Of a DNA stretch of 64,000 bases, positions 18,510 to 27,873 are shown piece by piece. Each line of letters begins with the position of its first letter. Positions within the stretch are counted from its first letter, which is position 1. Where the stretch lies: the NCBI GenBank assembly GCA_964430735.1, contig CAYSFB010000003.1:130039-194038 (forward strand), read 5' to 3'. The DNA comes from an uncultured Planctomycetia bacterium. GTDB taxonomy: Bacteria > Omnitrophota > Gorgyraeia > 2-02-FULL-51-18 > JAGOUK01. The translations under genes and the position numbers were made by a program. The notes under the pieces are model-generated. The model did not search any database, had not been told where the DNA came from, and was given only the letters and a program-made list of their open reading frames with translations.

Positions 18510-20317
18510 TCAGCCTCGAAGACATTTCGCTCGCGTTCGGCGGTCCGCCGCTGTTCGACCGCCTGAACCTGCAGGTCGAAGCCGGCGAGCGCATCGCGCT
18601 GCTCGGCCGCAACGGGGTGGGCAAGACCACCCTCATGAAGGTCATGGCCGGTACCGTCGACGTCAACGAAGGGCGCGTGCTTTTTCAAAAAGGCGCCAAG
18701 GTCACGCATCTGCCGCAGGAGGTGCCCGACGACATCACCGGCGACGTGCTCGACATCGTCCTGTCGGCGTACGGCGAACACCATGAAGACGGCGACGAGG
18801 CCTGGAAAATTCACCACCTGGCCGAACGCGTCATCGCCGAACTCAAGCTCAACCCCGAAGACCGGTTCGAAAAGCTCTCCGGCGGACAGAAGCGCAAAGT
18901 CCTCCTGGCCAAGGCGCTGGTGCTCGCGCCCGAAGCGCTGCTGCTCGACGAACCAACCAACCACCTTGATATCGAATCGATCGACTGGCTCGAATCGCAT
19001 CTCCGGGAATACAAAGGCGCCATCTTTTTTGTGACCCACGACCGCGCCTTCATGAACCGGATCGCCAACCGCATCGTCGAGCTCGACCGCGGCCGGACCT
19101 TCAGCTGGGCCTGCGACTACCCGACCTTCCTGGACCGCAAGCAGATGGCGCTCGACGCCGAAGCCAGCGAGCAGGCTGAATTCGACAAGAAGCTGGCCCG
19201 CGAAGAGGTCTGGATCCGCCAGGGGATCAAGGCCCGCCGCACCCGCAACGAAGGCCGGGTCCGCGCGCTCGAACAGCTCCGCCGCGAAAAGCGCGAACAG
19301 CGCCAGGCCATCGGCAAGGTCCGGATGACGATGCAGGAATCCGACCGCTCGGGCCAGCTCGTCTGCAAAGCCGACAAAATCACCCACGGTTACAGCGGCC
19401 GGTTTCTGGTCAAAGATTTTTCAACGCAGATCACGCGCGGCGACAAGATCGCCCTCATCGGCCCCAACGGCGCCGGCAAAACGACGCTCATCAAAATCCT
19501 GCTGGGGCAACTCCGGCCGGACGAGGGGTCGGTCCGCCTCGGGACCAATCTCGAGATCACTTACTTTGACCAGCTGCGCGAACAGCTCGACGAGAATCAG
19601 ACCGTCGTGGAATGCATCAATCCCGGCGGAGGCGACACGATCACGCTGAACGGCCGTGCCAAAAACGTGATGGGCTACCTTCAGGACTTTTTGTTCGCGC
19701 CGGACCGTGCGCGCTCGCCGGTCAAGGTGCTGTCGGGCGGGGAGCGCAACCGGCTGCTCCTGGCCCGGCTCTTCACCAAGCCCTCCAATCTGCTGATCAT
19801 GGACGAGCCGACCAACGACCTCGACGTCGAAACGCTTGAGCTTCTCGAAGAGCTCCTCATCGACTATTCCGGCACGCTGATCCTGGTGAGCCACGACCGC
19901 GCCTTCATCAACAACGTCGTGACGTCCACGATCACGTTCGAGGGCAACGGCCGTATCGGCGAATATCCCGGCGGCTACGACGACTGGATCCGCCAGCGCC
20001 CCGCGCAGCGCCCGGCATCCGCCGCCGCGAATCCGGCCAAAGCCGCTCCGCGCACGGAGGATTCCTCCAAACCAGCAGCGTCGTCCGCAGCAAAAAAATT
20101 GTCGTTCAAGGAAAAAAAAGAACTCGAGTCGCTTCCGGCGCAGCTCGAGGCGCTGGAAACGGAACAAACAGAACTGGTCGGACGAATGGGGGATCCGTCC
20201 TTTTATAAGCAGGATCCGGCCCAAATTCAGCGTGCGGTCGACCGTCTGGAAGTCATCAAGTCCGAATTGCCCCGCCTCTTCGATCGTTGGGAACGTCTCG
20301 AATCTCTGAACAAGTAA
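18500..20317 (+). CDS. uup: ABC-F family ATPase (Uup-like: two ABC domains + C-terminal coiled coil)
   Basis: Two Walker A (GRNGVGKTT, GPNGAGKTT), two LSGG signatures, C-terminal K/E-rich coiled coil; overlaps DUF45 stop. Confidence 0.85.
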   Translation: MALISLEDISLAFGGPPLFDRLNLQVEAGERIALLGRNGVGKTTLMKVMAGTVDVNEGRVLFQKGAKVTHLPQEVPDDITGDVLDIVLSAYGEHHEDGDEAWKIHHLAERVIAELKLNPEDRFEKLSGGQKRKVLLAKALVLAPEALLLDEPTNHLDIESIDWLESHLREYKGAIFFVTHDRAFMNRIANRIVELDRGRTFSWACDYPTFLDRKQMALDAEASEQAEFDKKLAREEVWIRQGIKARRTRNEGRVRALEQLRREKREQRQAIGKVRMTMQESDRSGQLVCKADKITHGYSGRFLVKDFSTQITRGDKIALIGPNGAGKTTLIKILLGQLRPDEGSVRLGTNLEITYFDQLREQLDENQTVVECINPGGGDTITLNGRAKNVMGYLQDFLFAPDRARSPVKVLSGGERNRLLLARLFTKPSNLLIMDEPTNDLDVETLELLEELLIDYSGTLILVSHDRAFINNVVTSTITFEGNGRIGEYPGGYDDWIRQRPAQRPASAAANPAKAAPRTEDSSKPAASSAAKKLSFKEKKELESLPAQLEALETEQTELVGRMGDPSFYKQDPAQIQRAVDRLEVIKSELPRLFDRWERLESLNK

Positions 20318-20476
20318 CCGATCGCGCAGCTCTGCTTCGAATCCCGCCTTTTTGAGCCTGAGTTTTTTAATCCGTAGAAAAACTTATTTCGCTCATATCC
20401 CAATGATTTTAAAGAGGTTACAACCCTCTCTTGAATACCGCCAACACCCATGCCACAGTCGGATCAGGAGAAAAAC

Positions 20477-21370
20477 ATGAAGCAGGCGGGATGGCAAAAA
20501 AATGCTCGGCTCATGATGGCGGTCCTGATGATCGTCCTTCAGTCGGCTCCTGCCATGGCACGCGACGACCGGGACCGCCGTTCGGGCGTCGCCGAATGCA
20601 AGATGCCGGTGACCGGGAATCGGCAGGTCAGCGACTACGAGCGCAGCAAGCGTGAGCTGGAGGAAATGCTCCGAAAAGATTCCGGCAAGCGTTCGGATAA
20701 GAAAAAAGATCCTCCTCAAAAAGGGGATCCGAAGACGGATTATTCCCAGTCCGAGAACCGCAAACACTCCAAAAAGCGCGGCGATGGCCATGGCGGCTGC
20801 GACAAGCCCGATCCGACTCCAGTTCCCGATCCGACCCCGGTTCCCGATCCAACCCCCGGCCCGACTCCCGGCCCGACTCCCGGCCCGACACCGGCACCGA
20901 CCCCTGATCCTACGCCGACACCGACGCCAGGCCCTGTTCCGACTCCCGACCCGACCCCAGCGCCAGTTACATACGTTCCTCCGGTCAACCCGGAAACGGT
21001 TGTGATCAATCTGACCGAATGGCACACGGCGGGCAGCTCCTTTAACGCGGACGGCGACCGGGTCGTCAGCTATCTGCCGACCGGCGATGCCGGACCGATT
21101 CTTCAGGTGCAGCTGGTTTACGCCGGGCTGAGCACCAGTCTCACGGGAGCAAAGGTCGTCGCGCAGACGACGCTCGAGACCGCCCCGGACCTCACCGGCT
21201 TCACGCTCCAGGGGACCGAGACGCTCGAATCCGGCGGATATGCCGAGACGTACGCATACCCTGGCCTTGAGGGCATCAAGCTTCAGCTAACCTACGACGA
21301 CTCCGCGACGCTGATGCGGGCGGACGTGGTCCAAACCTTCGCAATCACGGTGGACCAGGTCATCCGCTGA
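20477..21370 (+). CDS. secreted protein with Pro/Thr-rich repeat linker
   Basis: Signal peptide [16 protein letters not shown]; K/D/E-rich segment; (PDPTPVP/PGPTPG)n low-complexity repeat; C-terminal ~130-aa domain. Confidence 0.55.
   Translation: MKQAGWQKNARLMMAVLMIVLQSAPAMARDDRDRRSGVAECKMPVTGNRQVSDYERSKRELEEMLRKDSGKRSDKKKDPPQKGDPKTDYSQSENRKHSKKRGDGHGGCDKPDPTPVPDPTPVPDPTPGPTPGPTPGPTPAPTPDPTPTPTPGPVPTPDPTPAPVTYVPPVNPETVVINLTEWHTAGSSFNADGDRVVSYLPTGDAGPILQVQLVYAGLSTSLTGAKVVAQTTLETAPDLTGFTLQGTETLESGGYAETYAYPGLEGIKLQLTYDDSATLMRADVVQTFAITVDQVIR
20809..20960 (+). repeat. tandem near-identical 18/12-nt repeats encoding PDPTPV / PGPTPG units (inside CDS)
   Basis: cccgatccgaccccggtt and cccggcccgact units repeated; read from sequence. 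Confidence 0.6.
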
Positions 21371-21448
21371 TTTTTTCTTGCAAAACGCGTCGCTGCGCCT
21401 TGACAAACGCCTGCCATTCATTAAACTCATTCTCAGGGGGATTTGATC

Positions 21449-21580
21449 ATGAAAAAACTTTTCACTCTCACGGCGGTCCTGATGGCAGCGGTCATTTGCT
21501 GCGGCTCTGCGGCGGCCTGTGACCTGCACAAAGGGACCGAGGGATCCGATACGGCGGAAACGGAACAGACTGGTAAGTAA
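21449..21580 (+). CDS. small putative lipoprotein/secreted peptide (43 aa), below ORF-track size cutoff
   Basis: MKKLFTLTAVLMAAVICCGS signal-like N-terminus; followed by strong terminator. Confidence 0.3.
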   Translation: MKKLFTLTAVLMAAVICCGSAAACDLHKGTEGSDTAETEQTGK

Positions 21581-21675
21581 AACCACATCTAGGTCGTGGC
21601 CCTGAAAAGGGCCGCCCCACGGGAGGAGGGCGTCGGCGCATCAGGGTCGAGTCCGGTTAACCGTCCAGAATTTGA

Positions 21676-21705
21676 GGCCCGGGAGAAATCCCGGGCCTTT
21701 TTTTG
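21676..21705 (+). terminator. rho-independent terminator GGCCCGGG-agaaat-CCCGGGCC-TTTTTTT
   Basis: Perfect 8-bp GC stem plus 7 Ts. Confidence 0.7.
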
Positions 21706-21750
21706 TTATCATGAGCGCTTCCCGACGATCCACCGAGGAGGAGGCCGCTC

Positions 21751-22782
21751 ATGAAAATCAACGCCTACGCCGCGCCCGCCGCCAAAAAACCGCTCAAAAG
21801 TTTTGTCTACGAACCCGGCCAGCTCAAGCCCGACGAAGTCGAAATCCAGATCACGCATTGCGGCATCTGCCATTCCGACGTCCACATGATCGACAACGAC
21901 TGGGGCAACGCCGAATTCCCGCTGGTGCCGGGACACGAAATCGTCGGCGTCGTCCGCGCGGTCGGATTTGCGGTCAAAAAGCTCCGCGTGGGCCAGCGCG
22001 TCGGCGTCGGCTGGCAGGCCTCCAGCTGCGGCAACTGCGACCGCTGCAGCACCGGCGACGAAACGCTCTGCGCCCAGAACCAGGGCGTCATCGTCCGCCG
22101 CCACGGGGGCTTCGCCGACCGCGTCCAGGTCAACTCCCGGTTCGCGATTCCGATTCCCGACGGCCTCAAGTCCGACGTCGCCGCGCCGCTCTTGTGCGGC
22201 GGCATCACCGTCTACACGCCGCTGCGCGCCGAGAAGCTTCAGGGCAAGCGCGTCGGCGTCATCGGCATCGGCGGCCTCGGCCACATGGCGATCCAGTTCG
22301 CCGCGGCCTTCGGCTGCGAAGTGACCGCTTTTTCCGCGTCGCCCGACAAGGAACGCGAAGCGCTCAAGTTCGGCGCGCACCAGTTCGCGTGCACGAAGGA
22401 AAAGGACTTTTTCACCAAATATGCCGGAAGCCAGGACATCCTGCTCACAACCGTCACGGTCGATCAGGACTGGAACGCCTGGATGCAACTGCTCATGCCG
22501 TACGGCACGCTGATCGTCGTCGGCGCCTCGCCGGGAGCGCTCAACATCAACCCGTTCACGCTCATCACCGGCTACAAATCCGTCAAAGGCAGCATGATCG
22601 GCAGTCCGCGCCTCATCAAGGAAATGCTCGAGTTTGCCGCGTTCCACAAGATCGGCGCGCAGGTCGAAAAGCTTCCGATGAGCCAGGCCGAAGAGGGGAT
22701 CCGCCGCGTCCGCGCCGGCAAAGCCCGCTACCGCATCGTTCTCGAGAACGCCGCGGAAAAGAAAACGGCCAAACGCAAATGA
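21751..22782 (+). CDS. zinc-dependent alcohol dehydrogenase (NAD(P)-dependent, YahK/AdhA-like)
   Basis: GHEIVG, CGICHSD zinc ligands, GxGxxG Rossmann (VGVIGIGGLGHMA); GGAGGAGG RBS. Confidence 0.85.
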   Translation: MKINAYAAPAAKKPLKSFVYEPGQLKPDEVEIQITHCGICHSDVHMIDNDWGNAEFPLVPGHEIVGVVRAVGFAVKKLRVGQRVGVGWQASSCGNCDRCSTGDETLCAQNQGVIVRRHGGFADRVQVNSRFAIPIPDGLKSDVAAPLLCGGITVYTPLRAEKLQGKRVGVIGIGGLGHMAIQFAAAFGCEVTAFSASPDKEREALKFGAHQFACTKEKDFFTKYAGSQDILLTTVTVDQDWNAWMQLLMPYGTLIVVGASPGALNINPFTLITGYKSVKGSMIGSPRLIKEMLEFAAFHKIGAQVEKLPMSQAEEGIRRVRAGKARYRIVLENAAEKKTAKRK

Positions 22783-23117
22783 CGCCGCAGCAGCTCGCCT
22801 GGCTCTGGGTCATTCTCGCCGGCTGTATGGAAGTGATCTGGGTCGTCGGACTCAAGCAGACCCAAGGGTTCACCAAGCTCTGGCCATCCGTCCTCACCGT
22901 CACCCTCATGGCGATGAGCTTCGTCCTTCTGTCCCAGGCGCTCAAAATCATTCCGATCGGCACGGCCTATGCGGTCTGGACCGGCATCGGCGCGGCCGGC
23001 GGCGCCGTCGCCGGAATCCTGATTTACGGCGAGGCGGCACATCCGCTGCGCATCGCCTGCATCGGCCTCATCATCGCCGGCATCGTCGGCCTCAAGCTCC
23101 TGCCGTCGCATTCATGA
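22779..23117 (+). CDS. SMR family small multidrug efflux protein (SugE/EmrE-like)
   Basis: 112 aa, four TM, conserved membrane Glu (CMEVIWVVGLK) and AYAVWTGIGAAG motif. Confidence 0.75.
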   Translation: MTPQQLAWLWVILAGCMEVIWVVGLKQTQGFTKLWPSVLTVTLMAMSFVLLSQALKIIPIGTAYAVWTGIGAAGGAVAGILIYGEAAHPLRIACIGLIIAGIVGLKLLPSHS

Positions 23118-23482
23118 AAAAGTCCGACGCCGTCCACATCCGCCAGCTCGAAATCCGCTGCGTGATCGGCACGTATCCGCACGAGCGCACCAAAAAACAA
23201 TCCGTCTACTTCGACATCGACCTTCCGTGCGACGCCGCCAAACCCGCCAAGAACGACGACCTGCGCCAGGCGCTCGACTACGACCGGCTGACCCGGCGGC
23301 TCCGGGAATTTGCGGGCATGACCAAGTTTTTTCTCATCGAAACGCTCGCCGACCGCGCGGCCGACCTCATCGTGCGCGAATTCGGCGTGCGGCAGGTTCG
23401 GATCACGATCTGGAAGCCGGGCGCGATCAAGGACTGCGGCAACGTGGGCGTTTCTGTTTTGAGAAAAAGTTCCCGCCGATGA
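23114..23482 (+). CDS. folB: dihydroneopterin aldolase
   Basis: IRQLEIRCVIGTYPHER...YFDIDL... FolB consensus. Confidence 0.8.
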   Translation: MKKSDAVHIRQLEIRCVIGTYPHERTKKQSVYFDIDLPCDAAKPAKNDDLRQALDYDRLTRRLREFAGMTKFFLIETLADRAADLIVREFGVRQVRITIWKPGAIKDCGNVGVSVLRKSSRR

Positions 23483-24258
23483 CCTGGCTCGACGCGCTGA
23501 TATTTTCCATCGTCGAAGGCATCTCGGAGTTCCTGCCGATCTCGTCGACGGGACACCTCATGATGACGGCGCGCCTTCTCGGCCACGAGCAGACGGAGTT
23601 TATCAAAAGCTTCGAGATCGCGATCCAGCTCGGCGCGATCCTTTCGGTCCTCGTTCTTTACTGGCGGTCTTTTTTGCGCAACTTCGAGGAACTCAAGCGC
23701 GTGATCTGCGCGTTCGTTCCGACCGCCGTCGTCGGTCTCGTCCTGTACAAACTCATCAAGAAGTACCTGCTCGCCGACGTTCAGATCGTGTTGTGGGCGC
23801 TGGCGATCGGCGGCGTTGTGATGATCCTTTTTGAGCGGAGCCGGAAGGGGAAGTCGGCCGGGACTTCGGGCATCGCGAAGATCCCGTACCGCAAGGCCTT
23901 CTGCGTCGGGCTGTTTCAGTCGCTGGCCGTGATCCCGGGCGTATCGCGCGCGGCCGCGACCATCATCGGCGGCCTTTGGCTGGGGATCGAGCGCAAAACG
24001 ATCGTCGAATTCTCGTTTTTGCTCGCGGTGCCGACGATGGCGGCGGCGACAGGGCTGGATCTTTTAAAAAGTGCGGACACTTTTTCCAAAGACCAGTTCG
24101 GCGTGCTCGCGATCGGCTTCATCGGCTCGTTCGTCTTCGCCCTGATCTGCATCAAATGGCTTCTGGGTTACGTCCAAAAACACTCGTTCACCGCTTTTGG
24201 CGTTTACCGGATCGCCGTCGCTGCGGCGTTCGCGATTTTTCTCGTTTCCTCGAGTTGA
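23479..24258 (+). CDS. uppP: undecaprenyl-diphosphate phosphatase
   Basis: EGISEFLPISSTGHL and SRSGATI-like (VSRAAATIIGG) BacA/UppP motifs. Confidence 0.85.
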   Translation: MTWLDALIFSIVEGISEFLPISSTGHLMMTARLLGHEQTEFIKSFEIAIQLGAILSVLVLYWRSFLRNFEELKRVICAFVPTAVVGLVLYKLIKKYLLADVQIVLWALAIGGVVMILFERSRKGKSAGTSGIAKIPYRKAFCVGLFQSLAVIPGVSRAAATIIGGLWLGIERKTIVEFSFLLAVPTMAAATGLDLLKSADTFSKDQFGVLAIGFIGSFVFALICIKWLLGYVQKHSFTAFGVYRIAVAAAFAIFLVSSS

Positions 24259-24283
24259 CATCGCGGTCACGCGTGACTATAGT
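24255..24283 (+). promoter_or_regulatory. promoter TTGACA-17-TATAGT with perfect 12-bp palindrome GTCACGCGTGAC (24266-24277) in spacer
   Basis: Read directly; upstream of IMPDH-family gene. Confidence 0.4.
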
Positions 24284-24310
24284 AATCAAAATTTTTAAGG
24301 AGAAATCACC

Positions 24311-25471
24311 ATGGGCGAATGGCTAGGACGCGGGCGCAAAGCCCGCAGGGCATACGGATTCGATGAGATCGCGCTGGTTCCGGGAAACGTCACGATCAAC
24401 CCGGAAGAAGTCGACAGTTCCTGGAAGCTCGGCAAGAAGCGCTACTCCGTGCCCATCATCGCCTCCGCGATGGACGGTGTGGTCGACGTCAAGTTCGCCG
24501 TCGCCATGTCCAAGCTCGGCGCGTTGGCGGCCCTGAACCTCGAAGGCGTTCAGACCCGCTACGAGAATCCCGACTCCGTCCTGGGCAAGATCTCCGGCGC
24601 CAGCCCCGAAGAGGCGACCGAGATCCTTCAGTCGCTCTACCGCGTCCCCGTTAAAGAGAGCCTCATCGCGCGCCGCATCAAGGAAATCAAGAAGGCTGGC
24701 GGCGTCGCCGTCGTTTCGAGCATTCCTCAGAAGGCCGAGAAGTACGGCAAGATCGCGCAGGCCGCCGGCGCGGACGTGTTCATCGTCCAGTCGACCGTGT
24801 CGACCGTTCGCCACATCGCGACCAAGTACCAGACGCTCGACCTCAAGAAGTTCATCTCCGGAATGAAGATCCCGGTCATCCTCGGCAACTGCGTGACGTA
24901 CCAGACCACGCTTGAGCTCATGGAAACCGGCGCCAGCGGCATCCTGGTCGGCGTCGGCCCCGGCGCCGCCTGCACGACCCGCGGAGTACTCGGTATGGGC
25001 GTTCCCCAGGTTACGGCGATCTGCGACGCGGCCGCCGCGCGCGACGAATACAACAAGCGCACCGGCCGCTACGTCCCGATCATCGCCGACGGCGGCATGT
25101 CCACCGGCGGCGACATCTGCAAGGCCTTCGCCTGCGGATCGGACGCGGTCATGGTCGGCTCCGCCTTCGCCAAGGCCAAGGAAGCTCCCGGCCGCGGTTA
25201 TCACTGGGGCATGGCCACGCCGCACGCGAACCTTCCGCGCGGCACCCGGATCAAGGTCGGTATCACCGGATCGCTCGAACAGATCCTGTACGGACCGGCC
25301 GGTCTCGACGACGGCACCCAGAACCTGGTCGGCGCGCTTCAGACCTGCATGGGCAATGTCGGCGCCCAGACGATCCGCGAGCTTCAGTCGATCGATATCG
25401 TCATCGCTCCTGCGATCAAGACCGAAGGCAAGGTCTATCAGCAGGCCCAGCGCATCGGGATGGGCAAGTAA
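24311..25471 (+). CDS. IMP dehydrogenase/GMP reductase family protein (no CBS insert)
   Basis: TIM-barrel IMPDH/GMPR motifs (GVGPGAACTTRGVLGMGVPQ, IIADGG). Confidence 0.75.
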   Translation: MGEWLGRGRKARRAYGFDEIALVPGNVTINPEEVDSSWKLGKKRYSVPIIASAMDGVVDVKFAVAMSKLGALAALNLEGVQTRYENPDSVLGKISGASPEEATEILQSLYRVPVKESLIARRIKEIKKAGGVAVVSSIPQKAEKYGKIAQAAGADVFIVQSTVSTVRHIATKYQTLDLKKFISGMKIPVILGNCVTYQTTLELMETGASGILVGVGPGAACTTRGVLGMGVPQVTAICDAAAARDEYNKRTGRYVPIIADGGMSTGGDICKAFACGSDAVMVGSAFAKAKEAPGRGYHWGMATPHANLPRGTRIKVGITGSLEQILYGPAGLDDGTQNLVGALQTCMGNVGAQTIRELQSIDIVIAPAIKTEGKVYQQAQRIGMGK

Positions 25472-25528
25472 GCCCTTTTCGGTTCGTCCGGATCCGCTTC
25501 GTTCTCCCCATTTCCCCTCGGTCAGGCG

Positions 25529-25557
25529 TTGACTTGACCGGGGGGACTTCCTATAAT
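25529..25557 (+). promoter_or_regulatory. promoter TTGACT-17-TATAAT upstream of fhs
   Basis: Read directly. Confidence 0.4.
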
Positions 25558-25619
25558 CTCCTTTCTTATCTCCGTTTATCGGTTTTTAACTTTTCTATAA
25601 AGCCAAAGGCCTGATCTTC

Positions 25620-27251
25620 ATGCAGATCCACCGTCCCAAGCCCATGCAGCTCATCACCGAAATCGCCCGCACCGCCGGCGTCCGCGAGGACGAGCTGTCC
25701 CAGTACGGTCCGCACAAGGCCAAGGTGAGTCTCTCGGTCCTGAACCGCTTGGCTGGCAAACCGTACGGCCGGCTCATCTGCGTTTCCGGCATCAACCCGA
25801 CCAAGCAGGGTGAGGGCAAAACCTGCACGTCGATCGGCCTCACGCAAGGCCTCGGCCAGCTCAAGAAAAAAGCCATTCTCTGCCTCCGCGAACCGTCGCT
25901 GGCGCCGTTTCTCGGCAACAAGGGCGGGGCGACCGGCAACGGCAACGCGCAAGTTCTGCCGCAGGAGGACATCAACCTTCATTTCACCGGCGACATCCAT
26001 GCGGTCGAACTCGCGACGAACCTGCTCGCCGCCGCCATCGACAATCACCGCCACCACGGCAACGCGCTCAAGATCGACGAACATCAGGTCTTCTGGCGCC
26101 GTTCGCTCGACATCTGCGACCGCCAGCTGCGCGAAGTGATCGTCGGCGCCGCCAAAGAAAGCCACGAAAAGTACAAGACGCCGTTCGAGATCACGCCCGC
26201 CAGCGAAGTCATGTCCATCCTGTCGCTCTCGACGTCCATCGCCGACCTCAAGAAGCGGCTGGGGGATATCCTCATCGGCCTCAACACCGACGGTCAGCCG
26301 GTCTACGCGCGCGAACTCAAAGCCGCCGGCGCGATGGCGGCGCTCCTCAAGGACGCGTTGCAGCCGAACCTGGTCCAGACCAGCGAAGGCCAGCCCGCGT
26401 TCATCCACACCGGACCTTTCGCCAACGTCTCGCACGGCAACAATTCGCTCATGGCGACGCTGACCGCCCTCAAGCTGGCCCAATACGTCGTCACCGAATC
26501 CGGCTTCGGCACCGACCTCGGCATGCAGAAGCTCTTCGACGTCGTGCTGCCCAATGCGCCGGAAGTGAAGCCGAGCGTCGTCGTCCTTGTCGTGACCGTC
26601 AAGGCGCTCAAGAGCCATTCCAAGGACGGGTCGAGCTTCGAGCTCGGGTTCAAGAACCTCGACAAGCACATCGCCAACATCCGCAATTACGGCGTCGAAC
26701 CCGTCGTCTGTCTGAACCGTTTTCCGCAGGACACCGATTCAGAAATCGTGGTGCTCAAGAGCTACCTCCAAGCCGAAAAAGTCCTGTGCGCCATTTCCAC
26801 CGGCGTCCGCGACGGCGGCAAGGGCTGCATCGAACTCGCCGAAGTCGTCGTTGAGGCCGCGTCGCGCAAGACGACGGAGTTCAAGCGCTTCGTCGACCCG
26901 GCCTCTTCGCCCGAAGAAAAGATCCGCCTCATCGCACAAAAAATGTACGGCGCAAAGGACATCGTCCTGTCCGACAAGGCCAAAAAAGACCTGGAGCTTG
27001 TTCACCGGCTGGGCCTGGACCATTACCCGGTCAACATCGCGAAGAACCCGTTCTCGCTTTCCGACAACCCGGACGACAAGGGCGCGCCGACCGACTGGAA
27101 GCTGCCGGTGCGCGGCGTCCGGATCTGCGCGGGCGCACGCTACCTCGTGATCCTCACGGGCAAGCTGCTGCTCATGCCGGGCATGCCGGCCGAGCCGCTC
27201 TTCGAAAAGATCGACGTGACCGACGACGGCCACATGGTGATCGCAGACTAG
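25620..27251 (+). CDS. fhs: formate--tetrahydrofolate ligase
   Basis: Full-length FTHFS incl. P-loop-like PTKQGEGKTCTSIGL and GNKGGATGNG. Confidence 0.92.
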   Translation: MQIHRPKPMQLITEIARTAGVREDELSQYGPHKAKVSLSVLNRLAGKPYGRLICVSGINPTKQGEGKTCTSIGLTQGLGQLKKKAILCLREPSLAPFLGNKGGATGNGNAQVLPQEDINLHFTGDIHAVELATNLLAAAIDNHRHHGNALKIDEHQVFWRRSLDICDRQLREVIVGAAKESHEKYKTPFEITPASEVMSILSLSTSIADLKKRLGDILIGLNTDGQPVYARELKAAGAMAALLKDALQPNLVQTSEGQPAFIHTGPFANVSHGNNSLMATLTALKLAQYVVTESGFGTDLGMQKLFDVVLPNAPEVKPSVVVLVVTVKALKSHSKDGSSFELGFKNLDKHIANIRNYGVEPVVCLNRFPQDTDSEIVVLKSYLQAEKVLCAISTGVRDGGKGCIELAEVVVEAASRKTTEFKRFVDPASSPEEKIRLIAQKMYGAKDIVLSDKAKKDLELVHRLGLDHYPVNIAKNPFSLSDNPDDKGAPTDWKLPVRGVRICAGARYLVILTGKLLLMPGMPAEPLFEKIDVTDDGHMVIAD

Positions 27252-27264
27252 GGGGCGCCATCCG

Positions 27265-27873
27265 ATGAAAAAGCCTTTTGCCAAATTCACGCTTGCCGAA
27301 TACGCCGACCTCCTGGGATCCTCCGAACCCGCGCCCGGCGGCGGCTCCGCCGCGGCTTATGTGGGCGTGCTCGGGACTTCGCTCGGCGAAATGGTCGCGA
27401 ACCTGAACGCGAAGAAGGGGAAGAACCCCGACGCCGCGCAATGCCGCGAACGCGCCGCCGCGCTCAAAAAAATCCGCGGCCGCTTCCTGGAACTCGTGAC
27501 CGAGGACGCCAAGGCCTTCGCCCGGATCTCCGCGCTGTGGAAAACACCGTCGCCCGAGCTGCAGAAGGCCTTCAAGGAAGGCGCGCAGGTCCCGATGGGA
27601 ATTTGCGAAGCCGCGTACGAAGCGCTTACCGTTGCTTCGCGCGAAACGCCGTGGACGTCCAAGCACCTCCTGAGCGATCTGGCCGAGTGCGGCCTTTTCC
27701 TCATGGCCGCATTCAAAGGCGGCCGCTTCAACGTCGAGATCAACCTGCGCGAGATCGAAGACAAGGCCTTCGTCGCCGAAACCCGCGCCCGTCTCGACCG
27801 GCTGGCCCGCCAGGTCCTGATCTACGGCAACCGCCTGGAAGAAACGTTCGATCTCGAGGCCGGCGCAAAATGA
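27265..27873 (+). CDS. fchA: methenyltetrahydrofolate cyclohydrolase (FTCD cyclodeaminase-domain family)
   Basis: Formiminotransferase-cyclodeaminase C-terminal-domain-like; SEPAPGGGSAAAYVGVLGTSL. Confidence 0.75.
   Translation: MKKPFAKFTLAEYADLLGSSEPAPGGGSAAAYVGVLGTSLGEMVANLNAKKGKNPDAAQCRERAAALKKIRGRFLELVTEDAKAFARISALWKTPSPELQKAFKEGAQVPMGICEAAYEALTVASRETPWTSKHLLSDLAECGLFLMAAFKGGRFNVEINLREIEDKAFVAETRARLDRLARQVLIYGNRLEETFDLEAGAK

Noticed and set aside
18413-20224. Minus-strand ORFs (324 and 267 aa) antisense to uup
   Set aside because: Shadow ORFs within the ABC-F gene.
21709-23117. 312-aa minus ORF and 481-aa plus ORF (21672..23117) overlapping adh/SMR in other frames
   Set aside because: Arg/Pro-rich out-of-frame translations of the ADH gene. 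The true genes are adh (21751..22782) and the SMR gene (22779..23117).
25558-25619. ZTP (pfl) riboswitch upstream of fhs
   Set aside because: The leader is only ~60 nt and lacks the conserved GGGUCGUGAC / CCGGGCGGA pseudoknot elements.
24323-26669. Minus-strand ORFs of 300 and 367 aa antisense to the IMPDH-like gene and fhs
   Set aside because: Shadow ORFs of motif-bearing genes.
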